Source of the DNA: Octopus vulgaris
Lineage: Eukaryota
NCBI GenBank assembly: GCA_951406725.2
Contig: OX597839.1
Location: 9,486,001-9,550,000, forward strand
Reading direction: 5' to 3'
Length of the DNA: 64,000 nucleotides
Notes under the pieces: generated by a model
Database searches by the model: none
What the model saw: the letters and a program-made list of their open reading frames with translations, nothing else
Told to the model about the DNA's origin: nothing
Shown: positions 1-13,304 of the stretch, piece after piece
How the letters are laid out: each line of letters opens with the position of its first letter
Numbering within the stretch: the first letter of the stretch is position 1
Translations under genes and position numbers: made by a program

Positions 1-342
1 ATTAAGCTAGTGATAGGAACATAAATTGTGACTAAGGTTTGGTGGAAGATTTTAATTCAGAACTTATGAAAACAAGACATTTGTACTCAGAGCTAGAGCC
101 AGTTTCAGCCGGGTTGGTAACGAAAGAGTGAAGTTGCTTTAAGAGAATTAGTGAAATTCAATCTTCATAAAAGTAATCAAGAATAAGCAGTTGACCTCAA
201 CACATCCCAAACCACCATCTGCCACCAGTCGGAAACGATAGGAAGAGTCAGCAAACTGGCAATATCACATGTCCATAGCGATGAGTCTTTTTTCAAGACA
301 GAGAAATTACTTGATTCTCAATGATATCACAACAGAAAATGA

Positions 343-756
343 GGATCTTTTCGGTTTGAACGGCAGTTTTTTCTAGCGGTGTCATATGAAATTGTCACCC
401 ATAATTATGACCCTCGTATCGATCTATTGCATTTCAATCTGTTTTGGGGTTAGGGTTAAGGGTGGGGGAAAGGTATCTTTTTTAATTCAGAAATGTAAAT
501 AAACCCAATCTGTTTCTTAAACGAGGGACATATTCATACGGCACAGAATGTTTTTTTACCTCAATGGACGTCATTGATTGGTTGAAATTGCAGACACTGA
601 AGAAAAACAACAACAAATATCTTACTATAGAATTTTCTCAATAAAGCCAAGAGAAAAAGATGTTTTATAAACACATTCTACCAGTATACGAAGTTTAAAA
701 GTGTTTAGTTACATGGAAATTATGTTAAAAACTGCCTTTCAAACCGAAAAAGTCCC
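343..756. mobile_element. MITE family F with ~28-bp TIR GGATCTTTTCGGTTTGAACGGCAGTTTTT
   Basis: TIRs at both ends; homologous copies at 5441-5840 and 38444-38861. Confidence 0.8.
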
Positions 757-948
757 TTCATACCAAATTGCCCTCTGACATACTCACATATGCTCATAAA
801 AATAAAGAAATATTACTCCTGCTAATTCATCAGAAGGTATAGAAGCTAAGGGATACGTATACACGGATACAGCAACAAACCAGAGCAACTGTAATGTAAT
901 ACAACCGTGTATATGTTTGGATGGATGGATGGATGGATGGAGCATATA

Positions 949-997
<49 letters not shown>

Positions 998-2149
998 AAG
1001 TGACCCTTGCATGTTTCTAACTACAGACGAAGCATATCGAAGCTTCGAAATGCGTATTGTGTTGTCTGTTGTTGAGTACTGATAAAAATAAGGCGTAACT
1101 TCGGTATAAGTACTGGATACATTTCAAAAGTGTTGTTTTTTTTATTATATATATATGGGAGGTTAGGGTTAAGGTTAGGGGTGGGAGAAAAGGGTTTGTT
1201 ATCTTCAGAAATGTAAACAAAGCCACGTGTGTACTTATACCGAATGATCGCCAAAAATAAATAAGTCATGGAAAAATAAACCAACCGATTTGATAGAAAT
1301 AAAATCTATTTGTAGAAATTTACTTACAGACGATAAACTAACTCGGTGAGTAATTTTAAAAACTTTATTATGAATAATAATAATAATTTCTGAGGTGCAA
1401 GGCCAGTAATTTTGTCGGGTAGGAACAGGGTAGGAAAATCGACCGCAGTTAAGAACTTGCTTTCAGAGGATTTGATTTTATTTTAAACTTAGAATGTAAA
1501 GGGAAACAACTATTGCAAAGCAATAATTTAGTTTGTTTCACTACAGATCATGTCATAAATAATGAATTCTGATAAAGGCAAAGGCCTCCAAAATTTGTGG
1601 GGAGGAAACTGTAAATAAGACTGACATTAGTACGGGGCTGGTACTTGTTTTATCAACTTGAGACTGATGAAAAGTGAAGTTGACTTTAACAAGCTTTTCA
1701 CTCAGACTGTAAAGGGACGTAACTGGATGCGGTAATAAATAATAATGAAATTATTGTATACAGTGCTGAGGTGCACCACAACTTGTCAGAAAGTGCTTAT
1801 AAAGTACATGCAGTAATGTAGAAATGTCTGGAAAGCGAACTATGTATGAGTCAGATACAAGTCATTTGACTGTCGCCCGGCCAAATCTGCCGTGATAACA
1901 ATTTATTTATTTATTATGCCATAATTAATATTCGTTGAAAGATGTCAAAAGCCGGGGATCTTCACTAAATACCTAAAGTTTTTGAGTCACGACCCTTAAC
2001 ATTCTGCTTCATCTTTTCTGTGAGTGATAAAAACCGCTCTATTATCGGGGATCGATTTAAAACGACTGCATCCCTTCCTTAAACTCTACAATATATTAAT
2101 AATATTCTGAGATTTAATCTCGTTCAGGTCAACTTTCCTTTTCATAGTT

Positions 2150-2646
2150 CTGGTACTTAATTTATCGACCCTGAAAGGATGAAAGGCAAAGTCGACCTCG
2201 GCAAAATTTGAACTCAGAACGTAGCAGCAGACGAAATACCTATTTCTTTACTACCCACAAGGGGCTAAACACAGAGTAGACAAACAAGGACAGACAAACG
2301 GATTAAGTCGATTAGATCGACCCCAGTGCGTAACTGGTACTTAATTTATCGACCCCTAAAAGATGAAAGGCAAAGTGGACTTTGGCAGAATTTGAACTCA
2401 GAACATAGCAGCAAATGAAATACCTATTTCTTTACTACCCACAAGGGGCTAAACACAGAGGGGACAAACAAACGGATTAAGTCGATTACATCGACCCCAG
2501 TGCGTAACTGGTACTTAATTTATCGACCCCAAAAGGATGAAAGGCAAAGTTGACCTCGGCGAAATTTGAACTCAGAACGTAACGGCAGACGAAATACGGC
2601 TACGCATTTCGCCTGGCGTGCTAACGTTTCTGCCAGCTCGCCGCCT
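2150..2646 (-). mobile_element. SINE family B, three head-to-tail partial or full units
   Basis: Repeated GAAAGGCAAAGTCGACCTCGGC...TTTGAACTCAGAAC block. Other copies at 12630-12800, 18529-18750, 24811-25030, 32183-32398 and 49265-49352. Confidence 0.75.
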
Positions 2647-2927
2647 TTACAATCTTGGCTTATTGTTTCTGTCTTCAACAGTTGCTGGTATCTGTGTTTG
2701 GTCATTTACTTGTGCTCATATGTGATTACCAGGTTCCTTCGCCGTGGTCATAATAATTCTTTATTAGCTTTGGCATTCAGCAAGTCCATCCTGAACATCT
2801 AATGGTTGAACATACTCTGCACAAGGATACAGTAGTTGATGTGAGGTAAGGCAGCATTGTCTCAAATGACAACTCATAAAGAGTTTTGCAAGTGATTTAC
2901 CAGCCTTGTCTATTGGAGTATTTCATA

Positions 2928-3293
2928 CTAGCACTATGACCTGGCAATGCCGGGTCATACAGCCAGTGCATGCATATACAGCTGCGTGCGTGTGCACATA
3001 CACATGAGTACTGTTAAAATCTCCGACCAATCACATGCAGCTAGCTGGCATTCAATTGACGTATCAAGTTTCGGGCATTTTGATTGGGTTTTGGATAGAA
3101 AATTCACAAAAAAGTCACTTCTATTGATTTTTTAATGGCTTTGCGGGGTGACTGGGGTAATGTAAAGATGTGCACGACCACCCTTGGACGGTTTTAAATG
3201 ACCATAGAAAGTGCGAGCCCTCTAACTGAAGAATTGTGGATTTGTATAAAGGACACACACAGACAGACATTTTGCAGTTTATATATATAAAGA
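2928..3293 (-). mobile_element. Non-autonomous Helitron inserted in the Gypsy integrase
   Basis: Minus strand starts TCTTTATATATATAAA and ends with the hairpin TATGACCCGGCATTGCCAGGTCATA followed by CTAG. A|T target, no TSD; removing it rejoins the integrase frame. Confidence 0.8.
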
Positions 3294-3798
3294 TGTCTAA
3301 CAGTGCCAGGTAGGGATTTTTGTATTCCTTTCTACATTTTTTACCAGTATTTTTATGATTTTCATGGCAATTGCAGACAATCCATTTGAATGTGGGAATC
3401 ATGGACTAGACATGTTATGGTGAAATTTTCATGTTTTAGCAAAACAGAAGGCACAGGCGTGGCTGTGTGGTAAGAAGTTTGCTTCCCAGCCAAATAGTTC
3501 TGGGTTCACTCCCAAAGTGTAGCACCTTGGGCAAGTGTCTTCTAATATAGTCCCAGGCTGACCAAAGACTTTTGAGTGGAATTGGTAGATGGAAACTGAA
3601 AAAAGCCTGTCGTATATGTGTGCCTGCTGGAGCCTCGTTGAGCTTTAGGAGTTTTCGCTCAATAAACACACACAACCCTTGGTCTGGGAATCAAAACCGC
3701 AATCCTCTGACCGTGAGTCTGCTGCCCTAACCACTGAGCCATTTTGCCCACACAGTTCCTTCTCTAGTTGCAAGTAATGTTTTTTACTTTAGGGGTGA

Positions 3799-4133
3799 AG
3801 ACGCATGGCTCAGTGGTTAGAGCGTCGAACTTACGATCGTGAGGTTTTGAGCTCGAGTCCCGGACCGGGCTGCGTGTTGTGTTCTTGAGCAAGACACTTT
3901 ATTTCACGTTGTTCCAGTTCACTCAGCTGTAGAAATGAGTTGCGATGTCACAGGTGCCAAGCTGTATCGGCCTTTGCCTTTCCCTTGGATATAAGACTGG
4001 TGGCATGGAGAGGGGAGGCTGGTATGCATGGGCGACTGCTGGTCTTCCATAAAACAACCTTGCTCGGACTTGTGCCTGGGAGGGTAACTTTCTAGGTGCA
4101 ATCCCATGGTCAGTCATGACCGAAGGGGGTCTC
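3799..4133 (+). mobile_element. tRNA-derived SINE family D
   Basis: A-box TGGCTCAGTGG and a B-box-like motif; near-identical copy at 35287-35617. Confidence 0.8.
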
Positions 4134-5440
4134 AGGGGCATTAATGCACATAAGCAGATGTAATGGGATCTTGTAACATGCATGCTCCTACGCCATCTTT
4201 TGAGGTGTATGATTGGTTTCTTGATATCAAAATACTTTAGAACTGGAACATTTATTGGTTCTTTTAGTTTATCAAAACTTTTCTCATGTGTATCATTCCA
4301 TGTGATTTCGATGTTATCTTTGGCAAGCTCGTATAATGGTGCTGAAACATTAGATAAATTAGAATAAATTTTACGACACACATGACCATTCCTAAGAGTC
4401 TAAGTACATCTTGCTTTATTTGTGGGTGGCCATTGCCAGCTTCGCCTGGCACGTAAAAAGCACCCACTACACTCATGGAGTGGTTGGTGTTAGGAAGGGC
4501 ATCCAGCTGTAGAAACACTGCCAGATCAGACTGGAGCCTGGTGCGGCCTTCTGGCTTCCCACACCCCGGTCAAACCGTCTAACCCATGCCCGCATGGAAC
4601 ACGGACGTTATACGATGATGATGATGTGGCATCTCACCAACTGATCGCATACACTCTGGGTTCGGTTTAATACCATAGAGAGTGAATATGTGACCAATGT
4701 AACCAACTTTGTCTTTGCCAATTTCCGCTTTGTCAGTCTTGCTTGAGCATCAGCAGTTAATCCCTTATTTCAATCTCCTGTCATGTTCTTTGTGGGACCT
4801 ACCCCACACCACTATGTCATCATTGATTTCTTCAATATTTTCCATAGCTTGTTACATCATATCTCCTGAGCTGCATAAACCAAATGGTAAACATAGGAAG
4901 TGATATCTATAATAATATTCATTGAATAGCTTTGAGCTTTTTTTCATTTAGCTTTATATACCAGTTTCTGCGTTATGCATCTAGTTTGCTAAACGTAGTA
5001 GCCTTGCCTATTTGCACAGCTACTTCCTCAACTGTTACAGTTTGGTGGTGTTCATCATCATTTAACATCTGCTTTCCATGCTCGCATGGGTTAGATGGTT
5101 TGACAGGAGCTGGTCAGACTCCAGTTGTGGCTTGGTTTCTACAGTTGGATGCCCTTCCTAATGCCAACCACTTTACAGTGTGTGCTGTGCGCTTCTTACA
5201 TTCCACCAGTATCTGTAAAGGACAAGCCTGTATGTATGGATGGCAGCGATTTTCCTAAGCCTGACACATCTCAAGTACAGCAAATCACAACTCCCAGTCC
5301 CTTGTCACTTCCTCAGTGAGGCCCAACATTTGAAGATCCTTTCTCACTACTTTGTCCCATGTCTTCCATCGGTCTACCCCTTCCATAAGTACCTTCCACA
5401 AATAGAGTAGCAGTTATAATAATTTTGTTGAGATCAGTTA

Positions 5441-5840
5441 GGGATCTTTTCGGTTTGACCGGCAGTTTTTTAAAATATTTTCCACGTAACTAAACACTTT
5501 TAAACTTCATATACTGGTAGAATGTGTTACATAAAACATCTTTTCTCTTGGCTTTATTGAGAAAATTCTATAGTTTGTATGTTATTTGTTGTTGTTTTTT
5601 CTTCAGTTTCAACCAATCAATGATGTCCATTGAGGTAAAAAACATTCTGTGCCGTATGAATATGTCCCTCGCTTAAGAAACAGATTGGGTTTATTTACAT
5701 TTGTGAAGAAAAAAAAATACCCTTCCCCCTAACCCTAAAACAGATTGAAATGCAATAGATCGATACTAGGGTCATAATTATGGGTGACAATTTCATATGA
5801 CACCCCTAGAAAAAAACTGCCGTTCAAACCGAAAAGATCC
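5441..5840. mobile_element. MITE family F copy, inverted relative to 343-756
   Basis: TIRs and internal sequence match 343-756. Confidence 0.8.
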
Positions 5841-8147
5841 GCATATTTTGCTCTTTAGAATAATATTGCTTGTGCTGCAGTATCCAGCTTGGAGACGATG
5901 CTCTGTCTATCTTGTACTATGATAGCTTGTGTCCAGCGAGATGCTACTGTATTCGTTTCCAGTGTGATACTACCTAGAAATAAATGTCGATATGACGAAT
6001 CGTTGTGTCGTATGCTTATCTCTGACACACCCCAAGATTGTTTAGAACGTCACAGATTGGTAAAATAATTTTGTTTATTGCCTTTTGCGCGCGTGTAACA
6101 GAAGAATATCGTTTTTTTCATAAGCAGGTCGTTGTTTAGGTGGATGGATCCTTCCATATTTACAACATGAATTGATCCAGTCATGTCTAGGCTTTTTTAA
6201 AAAATCTTTGTACGGAGTAATATTAAATTTTAAGTTGTTTTTTTCTCATCTACTGATACTTGTTTTGTCACCGTTGAATCTGAAATCTTCAGTGATGCTT
6301 TTTCCCTACATAGCTCTACTTTTATCTATAACCCTTTCAACGTTAATTTTGTATCCTGAAGCAGTATCTCTCAAGAATCTTTGTTTAGTATTCCACATAC
6401 ATTTCTGTTGCTCATTAAATCATTTAATAAATTTTCTAATTCAGTCTTTATCGTTCAGCTTATTGTCAGTTTGAAATGAATCAATTTTCTCCGATGGGAA
6501 CAGATTTCTCTTAAAGATAGATAGCAGATACATGTAACATTTTTTTCTAAGGTGACAGAACTCTCGGAACTTCGTTTTAACAGTGATAATTTTGTCTTTA
6601 TCGTCTGGGTTTTCAAATCCGAAAGAGTTAAATACCTCTTCTCCTTTGGGGGACTTGCGATGTGGAGATTAAGTTGTAACCTGCACTTTTTTCTTTTCCC
6701 ACAACTCCTGCGGCAGGTGAGTGAAAGTCATTCATTGTTCCCACACCTTTTACACATTGTAGTTTCCATCTAAATTTCCTTCGAAGCTCAGGCCTTTTCG
6801 TAACTTCAGGCTTATATCTTCTGAAAGTACTTCACTTTAAATGAGTTGCACATGTATTTTATGTGCGCGTAAACGAAGTCCATCAAGTAAATAAAATTAA
6901 AGGAGACAATTAATACTCATATTTGTGTTTGCGCCTTTTTTCTTCAGTGGCGAGAGGTTACTCGATTTCAACATCATTGTTATGTCGTGTCATAAACGAC
7001 ATAGATAACCAGATAAATCAAGAGGAGACTTTAATCATAATTCATTTGCTCAGGCGGTCATTGCTAGACTTGCATTGTATATTTTATTTAATTATGATTG
7101 ATTAAATACAGGCATAAGTAACAAGTAACTTACAATGCAAGGGAAGTAATTCAATTCAACAAGTACAACTTCATTGCTAACAACAGTGGAGGCGCAATGG
7201 CCCAGTGCTTAGGGCAGCAGACTCGCGGTCGTAAGAACGTGGTTTCGATTCCCAGATCGGGCATTTGAGCAAAAACAATTAAGTTCCACGAGGCTCATTT
7301 GTCAGTTTGACTACACTACGCGCTTCTGAAATCTAGTAAATCTCTACCTACGATGGCTATTATTCAAGTGACAATTATAATAAAGTGACCCTTTATTCAA
7401 GTGACAATTACTACTACAACTAGTAGCAGTATCTTACATATGACATAGTACTTCCATTATTATAAAATACACGTTTACTTTCGATAAGTTAACCCCGAGT
7501 GAATTTGATTCTTAAACTGACAAATGAGCCTCCCAGTAAAGGGATTTGGTTTGCAAGATTCTTTATATGAGTTCGTGTGTTGAAGCATATTCTGTTGTGT
7601 CTGGGGAGAGTCATTCTCTTTTAGTGCCTTATTATTAACATGGAAAGTAGATATTTAAAAAAGGCGCTTTATGAAGGAGGAGCGGCGCTGAAAATTAATC
7701 ATATTGAAGAAAAGTAATTTCTTCTATATTTGCTATGCATTTCTTTCTCTCTCTCTCTGCTTATTTTTGATGCACTTATCTCCTCCTATAGATCTGGCAT
7801 TGTAGTAATGTATGAAATGTTTATGACGAATGAATTCAGTTTTCATTTCCTGTCAGTTTTTATCTAGAGCATGTTCTCATTTCTACTAAGTTGTGTGGTC
7901 CTACCTTTCGTATCGAACAAACTTACAAAGCTATTACTTTTCTAATGTGAAAAACATAATTTCACATAGGACACACACAACAGAGTGAGTAATGAAAACA
8001 GGTAATGGATAAAAGCGGCAAGAAATAAAAACGAAATTCATACCAAAGGTCAATAAAACGGAGATAAAAGCAAATAAGATTGATCCATATTTCGTTTTTG
8101 GATTCGGTTTGCAAGATTCTTTATATGAGTTCGTGTGTTGAAGCATA

Positions 8148-8314
8148 TTCTGTTGTGTCTGGGGAGAGTCATTCTCTTTTAGTGCCTTATTATTTAACAC
8201 ACTCACCGGTAAAATTTCCACTTGTTTCTTATTTTTATTTTCTAAAATTTTACCGGTGAGTGTGTTAAATAATAAGGCACAAAAAGAGAACGACTCTCCC
8301 CAGACACAACAGAA
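8148..8314. repeat. Long inverted repeat (~70-bp arms), with a direct partial copy at 7542-7638
   Basis: TTCTGTTGTGTCTGGGGAGAGTC...CACTCACCGGTAAAATTT followed by its reverse complement. Confidence 0.85.
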
Positions 8315-9259
8315 AAGATCCATATGATTTTCAGAATTGTTTCACAACGAGGCGACACCCGGAAACTAAAAAGCACCAAAAAATATATTTACTAAATTAA
8401 AAAATAAATTATAATTATTTACGATTCTCCCAAAATGAATTAAATATGTGATAAAAATATTTAATTAAATAATTGTGGTAGCGATAGGAAATAGATGGAT
8501 AATAATTTTAACCAGTCAGAAAACGAGTAAGTATTTACTACTTGATATAAACAATCACAAGGTTAGATAATTCTTGCTACTTCCGAGGTCAAACTAACAG
8601 AGAAGAGGTAAGGTGTGGAGGAGTGGTTACAGTAGAGATAAAGGCTGTGGTAGCAGTATTCAGTGTGAGGGATAGGAAAAGGAGGTGAGTTGAGAATACG
8701 AAAATTAATACAAAAAGAGAAATGGGAAAACTGGCCTGTAACGGAAAAAGGAACCCCCAAAAGCTGAGATTAAAGTCGAATATATATTTCTTTAAGAAAT
8801 TTTCGTTTGTGTTTAAAAATAAGTGAATGGGGGTGAGAGCAGATCCTTTTCTCAGATTGAATTAAAAGAGGGATAGGAAAAGTGAAAAAAAAAATAGAAG
8901 TGACACATAAGGAAGATTAGGCAAGGGAACAGGATAGGCGATAAGTTTGGAGGTGACAGGAGAAAAGTGAAGAAACAAATGAGGGGGCGGGAAGAGAAAA
9001 TGTAAAAAGGTGAATGAGAACGAAGAAGAGAGACGGCTACGTAAGATAAGTAAAGATAGAAACAGCAGGAAGTTCGAAACAAAGAAATGAAAGAGGCCGA
9101 CAGATGAGATATGAAGGTGGGCGGAGGGAATAAAAAAGGGGAAAGCAAGAGTGACGTGAAGTTAATGTAATTAATAAACAGAGACAAAGAGTTATGTTTG
9201 AGAGAGGAGAGCAAAAGAGAGAAAAGATTGCGATAGAGTACAAAGTTAGAGCAAGAAAG

Positions 9260-9429
9260 GCAGATCTTTTTCTTTCTTGACTTCTTTCTTTCTTTCCCTG
9301 TGTCTCTCTGTCTCTCTCCCTCCCTCTGTCTCTGTCTGTCTCTCTCTCCCCCTTGTCTCTGTCTCTGTATATCTCTCTCTCTGCCTTTATCTCTGTCTGT
9401 CTCTCCCTTTATCTCTGTCTCTCTCCCCC

Positions 9430-9460
<31 letters not shown>

Positions 9461-10183
9461 TATTATCTCTGTCTTTCTCTCTTTCTCTCCCTTTCTCTCT
9501 CTCTCTCTCTCCCCCTCTATCTCTGTCTGTCTGTCTCTCTCTCCCCCTCTTTCTCTGTGTGTCTGTCTCTCTCTCTCTCTAGCAAGGGGAGAGAAGCATG
9601 GAACCTACCCCTCCACTCAGATACATGTACACATTCATTCAATTATCTCAACACGCATACACATTCGAACAAACGAGGCGGAATTTTTTTTTTATTCGAA
9701 ACAAAACATAACAAATCTTTTTTTTTTTTTTCAAATGATAAAACTAATCGATCGAAACTATCTATTTTTTCAAAAAATTTAATTCATCCCTCGAATATCT
9801 ATAACCTTTATTTTCAAAGAATACATAACATATATATACGTATATATATATATTTTTATGATATCCGAAAAGAAAAAGAAACCCCCCCACCGAAAAAAAA
9901 ACTCTGACCGTTGTTTGCCTCTTCCAGTCAAAGCTGAGAGAAGTGAATGAAGCTCAAAATCGGACTGGAACTCTACTCGCACATAACTCAACTCGAACTC
10001 TACCTCTGCTCGAATGAACCGAAGCTGAACCTGATGGATATTGTCAGAAACTTCCAATGCCTGCTTCTTCTGCTTCTTCTTCTTTCCTCTTAAATAACAA
10101 CCAAAACAACAAAACAGGAGGAAAAACAAAAATATTCAATCATTTTCACATCGTTTAACAACAACTGCTATACTACAATTAAG
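9260..10183 (+). promoter_or_regulatory. Putative PIK3CA promoter and non-coding first exon
   Basis: TE-free island containing a long CT microsatellite followed by UTR-like unique sequence, a possible donor AAG|gttaat at 10184 and T-rich intron-like DNA. The ATG exon has an acceptor, so an upstream exon is required. Confidence 0.4.
9267..9580. repeat. (CT)n/(CTGT)n polypyrimidine microsatellite
   Basis: Seen directly in the sequence. Confidence 0.9.
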
Positions 10184-11872
10184 GTTAATTTATTAATTTG
10201 TTGAGAGATTTTTCAGTTTTTTTGCTGTTGTTGTTGTTGTTGTTGTTTGGGGGTGATTTTGGCGACTATACAATTATTTTTTTTTATTTTTTGGTTGGAA
10301 AGAAAAGGGTGAGTTTTTTTTTATTCTTCTTACTGTTGACTTTTGATTCCTTAATGATGATCACACACACACACACATATATATATAAAACATCCGCTCA
10401 CTATTTCATCAATCAATCTGTATTGAATACTATTATATTATATAGAATAGCCATCGTTCGTTTAGTCGAGTGCAAATGTCCGTAAAAGCCATTCATAAAC
10501 ACACCTCATATATACACACACACATATTTACAAATAGATCTTTATTAATTAATAATATATATTCTGTTGAATGTGTGTATATCCTAATGGTACCCTAATT
10601 TGCTCTATTAGCTTTATGAAAATTTTAAATAGTCCAATTATTTTGAGATACTGTGACTTTATCTACTTTGAAATGGTAGATATGGTATATCTGTGTGTGT
10701 ATATCTATGGTATATCATTGTGTGTGTATATCTATGGTATATAATTGTGTGTGTGTGTATAATGCGCGCACACACACAATCTACATCTATATCTCTGTAT
10801 ATTGATGTGTGTGATATATAATATATCTATATGTATACACTATATGGTGGGTCAATTTATAGTGCCTTGACATTTTGTTTTATCAGATACGACCAATAAC
10901 GATTTTTAAAATTATTTTAAAGTTTAATACTGCAAATAATTGTAACAGAGATGTAGTTGAACCAAGTAAATATGTATTTAGGGTAAATAAGTTGGCAAAA
11001 CAAACAAGTTACTCTTGAAATCAAACCATATAGAACAATTATGTTGAAATATGTTTTTCTAGTTTACTGTCTTTTATGTAGCTAGACTCTACCTCACATT
11101 ATATATAATTACAAACACATAAGTATTCTCACTACACACATACACACACATATATATATACATACATGTATGTATGTATATTCCCAGTATGATGTACACA
11201 TCATACTTGGAATATACATATTTTCGCTCCCAATTTGCTTTTATAATCATCTTTGTTTTAGAGGGATCGATTTATAATGATATCAACATGTATATGGGTC
11301 CCCGATTTAATGCATAAACTCAACCAGTCCTGGCTTCTCAACCTATTTCGCTTCCTTGCCGTCTTTTTTATACATAATACATTTATTTATATCGGTTCTG
11401 TCACCACACTCTTCCTAACTTTATGACATTTGTTTTTAGTCAATTCCAATAATGAAGACATTTAGTTAAAATCATTTTCTATATTCATTCATATACACCT
11501 ACATTGTATGGAGGTGTGTGTGTGTATATATATATATATATATGTGTGTGTATGTATGTATGTATGTATGAAGTAGGTTCTCGCTTCAATATTTTTGCTC
11601 CTCTTTTCCTTTTACAATCATCACTGTTTTAGAGGGATCAATTTATAATGATAGCAACATGTATATGGGACCCCGATTTAAAGCATAACTCAACCAGTCC
11701 TATGTTCTCAACATAGAGATCGCTTCTTTGTCCTCTTTTATACATACATACATAATAAATACATTTATTTATATACAGGTTCTCCCCTCATTCTCTCAAC
11801 TTTTGTTTTTAGCCTGATATACACATATACATACACACACATATATACACGTATGTATCTATACATGTACGT

Positions 11873-11904
<32 letters not shown>

Positions 11905-12079
11905 GTACATATCTGTAGTTATACTTATATCAGAATAAAGCGACTAGTTTAAAATTGTTTTCTGTAGTAATACGTATGTATTCAATCATACAATACATCT
12001 ATATTGTGTGTAGTATATATACACATAATGACGGCGCTCACTGCCCTTCCACACACATTCAAATCATAAAACACATGCT

Positions 12080-12120
<41 letters not shown>

Positions 12121-13304
12121 GCACGCGTTCCCATTAACTGATATATATACGTATGTGCTGGTGAATGGGGTCGTTTAATGTACATAGATTTGTGTATAAG
12201 ATTGAAATATGTTTACCATAAGAACTGGTTGTAGTCAAGTTTGTTAAAACTGTATGTGTGTATATATTTATATATATATACACACACACACACACGCAAA
12301 TGAAGTCCCTCAACTAAACCCACCTACAACTTTCAAATGCTATTTCAAACCATATTTAAATTAATATTGCCATCGTCTTACTCTGATGGTCTGTTTTAGC
12401 TTAGTCATTTTACGCAGAATACACACCTTTCTATTTAAAAAAAAAAAAAAAAAAATCAAGCCATTTTATGTCCGACTAAGGATGTATAACACTGTGTTAC
12501 ATTATATATATATATATATGTATGTATATATATGTGTGTATGTATATGTGTGTGTGATAAACACATATTCATACACGCATCGATAATTTCTGAAATATTC
12601 GTAGCAAGTAGATAAATGTTAATAACAGTGGTTTCTAATCTAAACGCGAGGGCAACAATTTTGAGGGGAGGGGTTAGTTGATGCCATCGACTTCAGTACT
12701 TGACTGGTACTTTAATTTAATCGACTCTTAAGGGAAAGAAGGCAAGTCGACCCTGGCTGGATTTGAACTCAGAACGTGAAATGCCGGAAGAAAATACCGC
12801 AAAGCAAATAATAATTGTAATGATAATATATGCATATTGCTTGTTTACTTGTGAATGTGGGTGTGTATATTATCTGTTTGAGTGGAAATATCATTTCCGG
12901 TTTATCTCTGTAAGCTATACACAAGCACACCTATTATCATGGCTTCTCTGTCATTTATTATTAATAATGAGGCGGGGGGAAAAAAACCCCGTCGTGTTGT
13001 TTATCCCCGTTCGACAGTGCAAACCTATCATCAAAGGCATTCCTGTTGTGACCGTGCTGTTGTTTTTCTCTCCAAAACATTGTCGGGGTATACTATCCAA
13101 TTTACTGAGAAAAACAGTAGCGTATGATTTGGAGGAGATTTAGAAGTCTCAAGTGGTCGTCTGATCTACTAGACATAGCAGCAAAGTTTCTCTTACACCA
13201 CAATCTCCTATCTTATATAAAAAAAATTTTTAAACCCCAAAACATTGGATAATGTAGTTTGATACATTGCTTGAAGAGAGAAATAAAACAGTTATACTTT
13301 AGAT

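Larger units (their letters stand above)
2650..5050 (-). mobile_element. Decayed Ty3/Gypsy pol (RT, RT-RNase H linker, integrase), interrupted by younger insertions
   Basis: Minus-strand fragments: LPFGLCSS..INDDIVVWG..GYIGH (RT); SAPLYEL..WNDTHEKSFDKLK..PVLKYFD (linker); SSP.FPHSNG..NPYLALLDI*NTPID..KSLAKL (integrase). Stops and frameshifts present. Confidence 0.8.

Noticed and set aside
3799-3870. tRNA genes here and at other A/B-box heads (7186, 28418, 35287, 46509, 58519)
   Set aside because: Each continues into a multi-copy SINE body and lacks a complete acceptor stem.
9277-9907. Leu/Ser-rich ORFs
   Set aside because: They are translations of the CT microsatellite.
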